Shown: positions 63,814-64,000 of the stretch, piece by piece
Layout: every line of letters begins with the position of its first letter
How positions within the stretch are numbered: the first letter of the stretch is position 1
Assembly: GCA_019429225.1 (NCBI GenBank)
Contig: JAHYJK010000002.1
Location: 10,230 to 74,229, forward strand
DNA length: 64,000 bases
Reading direction: 5' to 3'
From: Anaerolineaceae bacterium
GTDB taxonomy: Bacteria > Chloroflexota > Anaerolineae > Anaerolineales > Anaerolineaceae
The notes under the pieces: generated by a model
Seen by the model: the letters and a program-made list of their open reading frames with translations, nothing else
The model's database searches: none
Told to the model about the DNA's origin: nothing
Position numbers and translations under genes: made by a program

Positions 63814-63869
63814 TAATCATTCATAATCAGATATAATAAAGTGTTGATATCAAATTGGAGAGGCGCGCA

Positions 63870-64000
63870 TTGGGAAGAGTAATTAATCCAGACAGAAGTG
63901 GGAAAGAAAGAACAAAATTAACGAAGAGTATTGTTAAGGCTATACGGCAACTGATGGTACAGTCACAACCTGATGAAAATACAAGGGATTTGACTGCGTA
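63870..64000 (+). CDS. Hypothetical protein, 5' fragment (continues beyond the window)
   Basis: TTG at 63870 lies 6 nt after GGAGAGG. The open frame LGRVINPDRSGKERTKLTKSIVKAIRQLMVQSQPDENTRDLTA runs to the window end. No motif recognised. Confidence 0.35.
   Translation, partial: MGRVINPDRSGKERTKLTKSIVKAIRQLMVQSQPDENTRDLTA

Noticed and set aside
63638-63826. 62-aa plus-strand ORF.
   Set aside because: It is antisense to and covers tRNA-Leu and its promoter.
1-64000. Scanned for CRISPR arrays, IS/transposase or integrase genes, toxin-antitoxin pairs, rRNA and large dispersed repeats.
   Set aside because: I could recognise none. The only repeats are the two in-gene tandem coding repeats and the similar terminator hairpins.

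Overview
64-kb chromosomal segment of a low-GC bacterium. No database search or HMM run was possible, so all calls rest on motifs I recognise in the translations and on hand-folded RNAs. Spot counts of single 60-nt lines run from 17/60 to 26/60 G+C. PT-rich linker proteins, a TolB-like Ser/Thr kinase and the gene order suggest a Chloroflexota/Anaerolineae-like organism, but this is unverified. I count about 60 protein genes, 3 tRNAs (Thr-CGU, Gln-CUG, Leu-UAG) and one GC-rich candidate 6S-like ncRNA. I saw no CRISPR array, IS element, integrase or prophage signature. Most of the window is core metabolism and cell biology. It holds a complete caa3-type (A2 subclass) cytochrome c oxidase operon with assembly genes (SCO1, SURF1, fused CtaA-CtaB, PCuAC nearby). 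It holds an NAD-linked formate dehydrogenase module (fused NuoE/F-like, a separate Fe-S subunit, a Cys-type Mo/W catalytic subunit) with mobA, fdhD and three moeA paralogues. It also holds the mreBCD-mrdA-minCDE-rodA cell-shape/division cluster, followed by gltX, rel, pfkA, prfB (classic +1 frameshift, mis-called by the ORF track), ftsY, rlmN, clpP and tig. The least explained block is at the left edge, 2878..5915. It is an AT-rich, ATGA-coupled pair of paralogous polytopic membrane proteins with a divergent SPFH/band-7-like core and no assignable function. Next to it are a PT-repeat membrane protein and the Ser/Thr kinase. Other items worth a second look are an ICMT-patatin fusion, a CtaA-CtaB fusion with a degenerate N-terminal half, a small Cys4 hyper-acidic protein downstream of a VKOR homologue, a pseudo-receiver upstream of the oxidase operon, and a repeat-built acidic tail on trigger factor.
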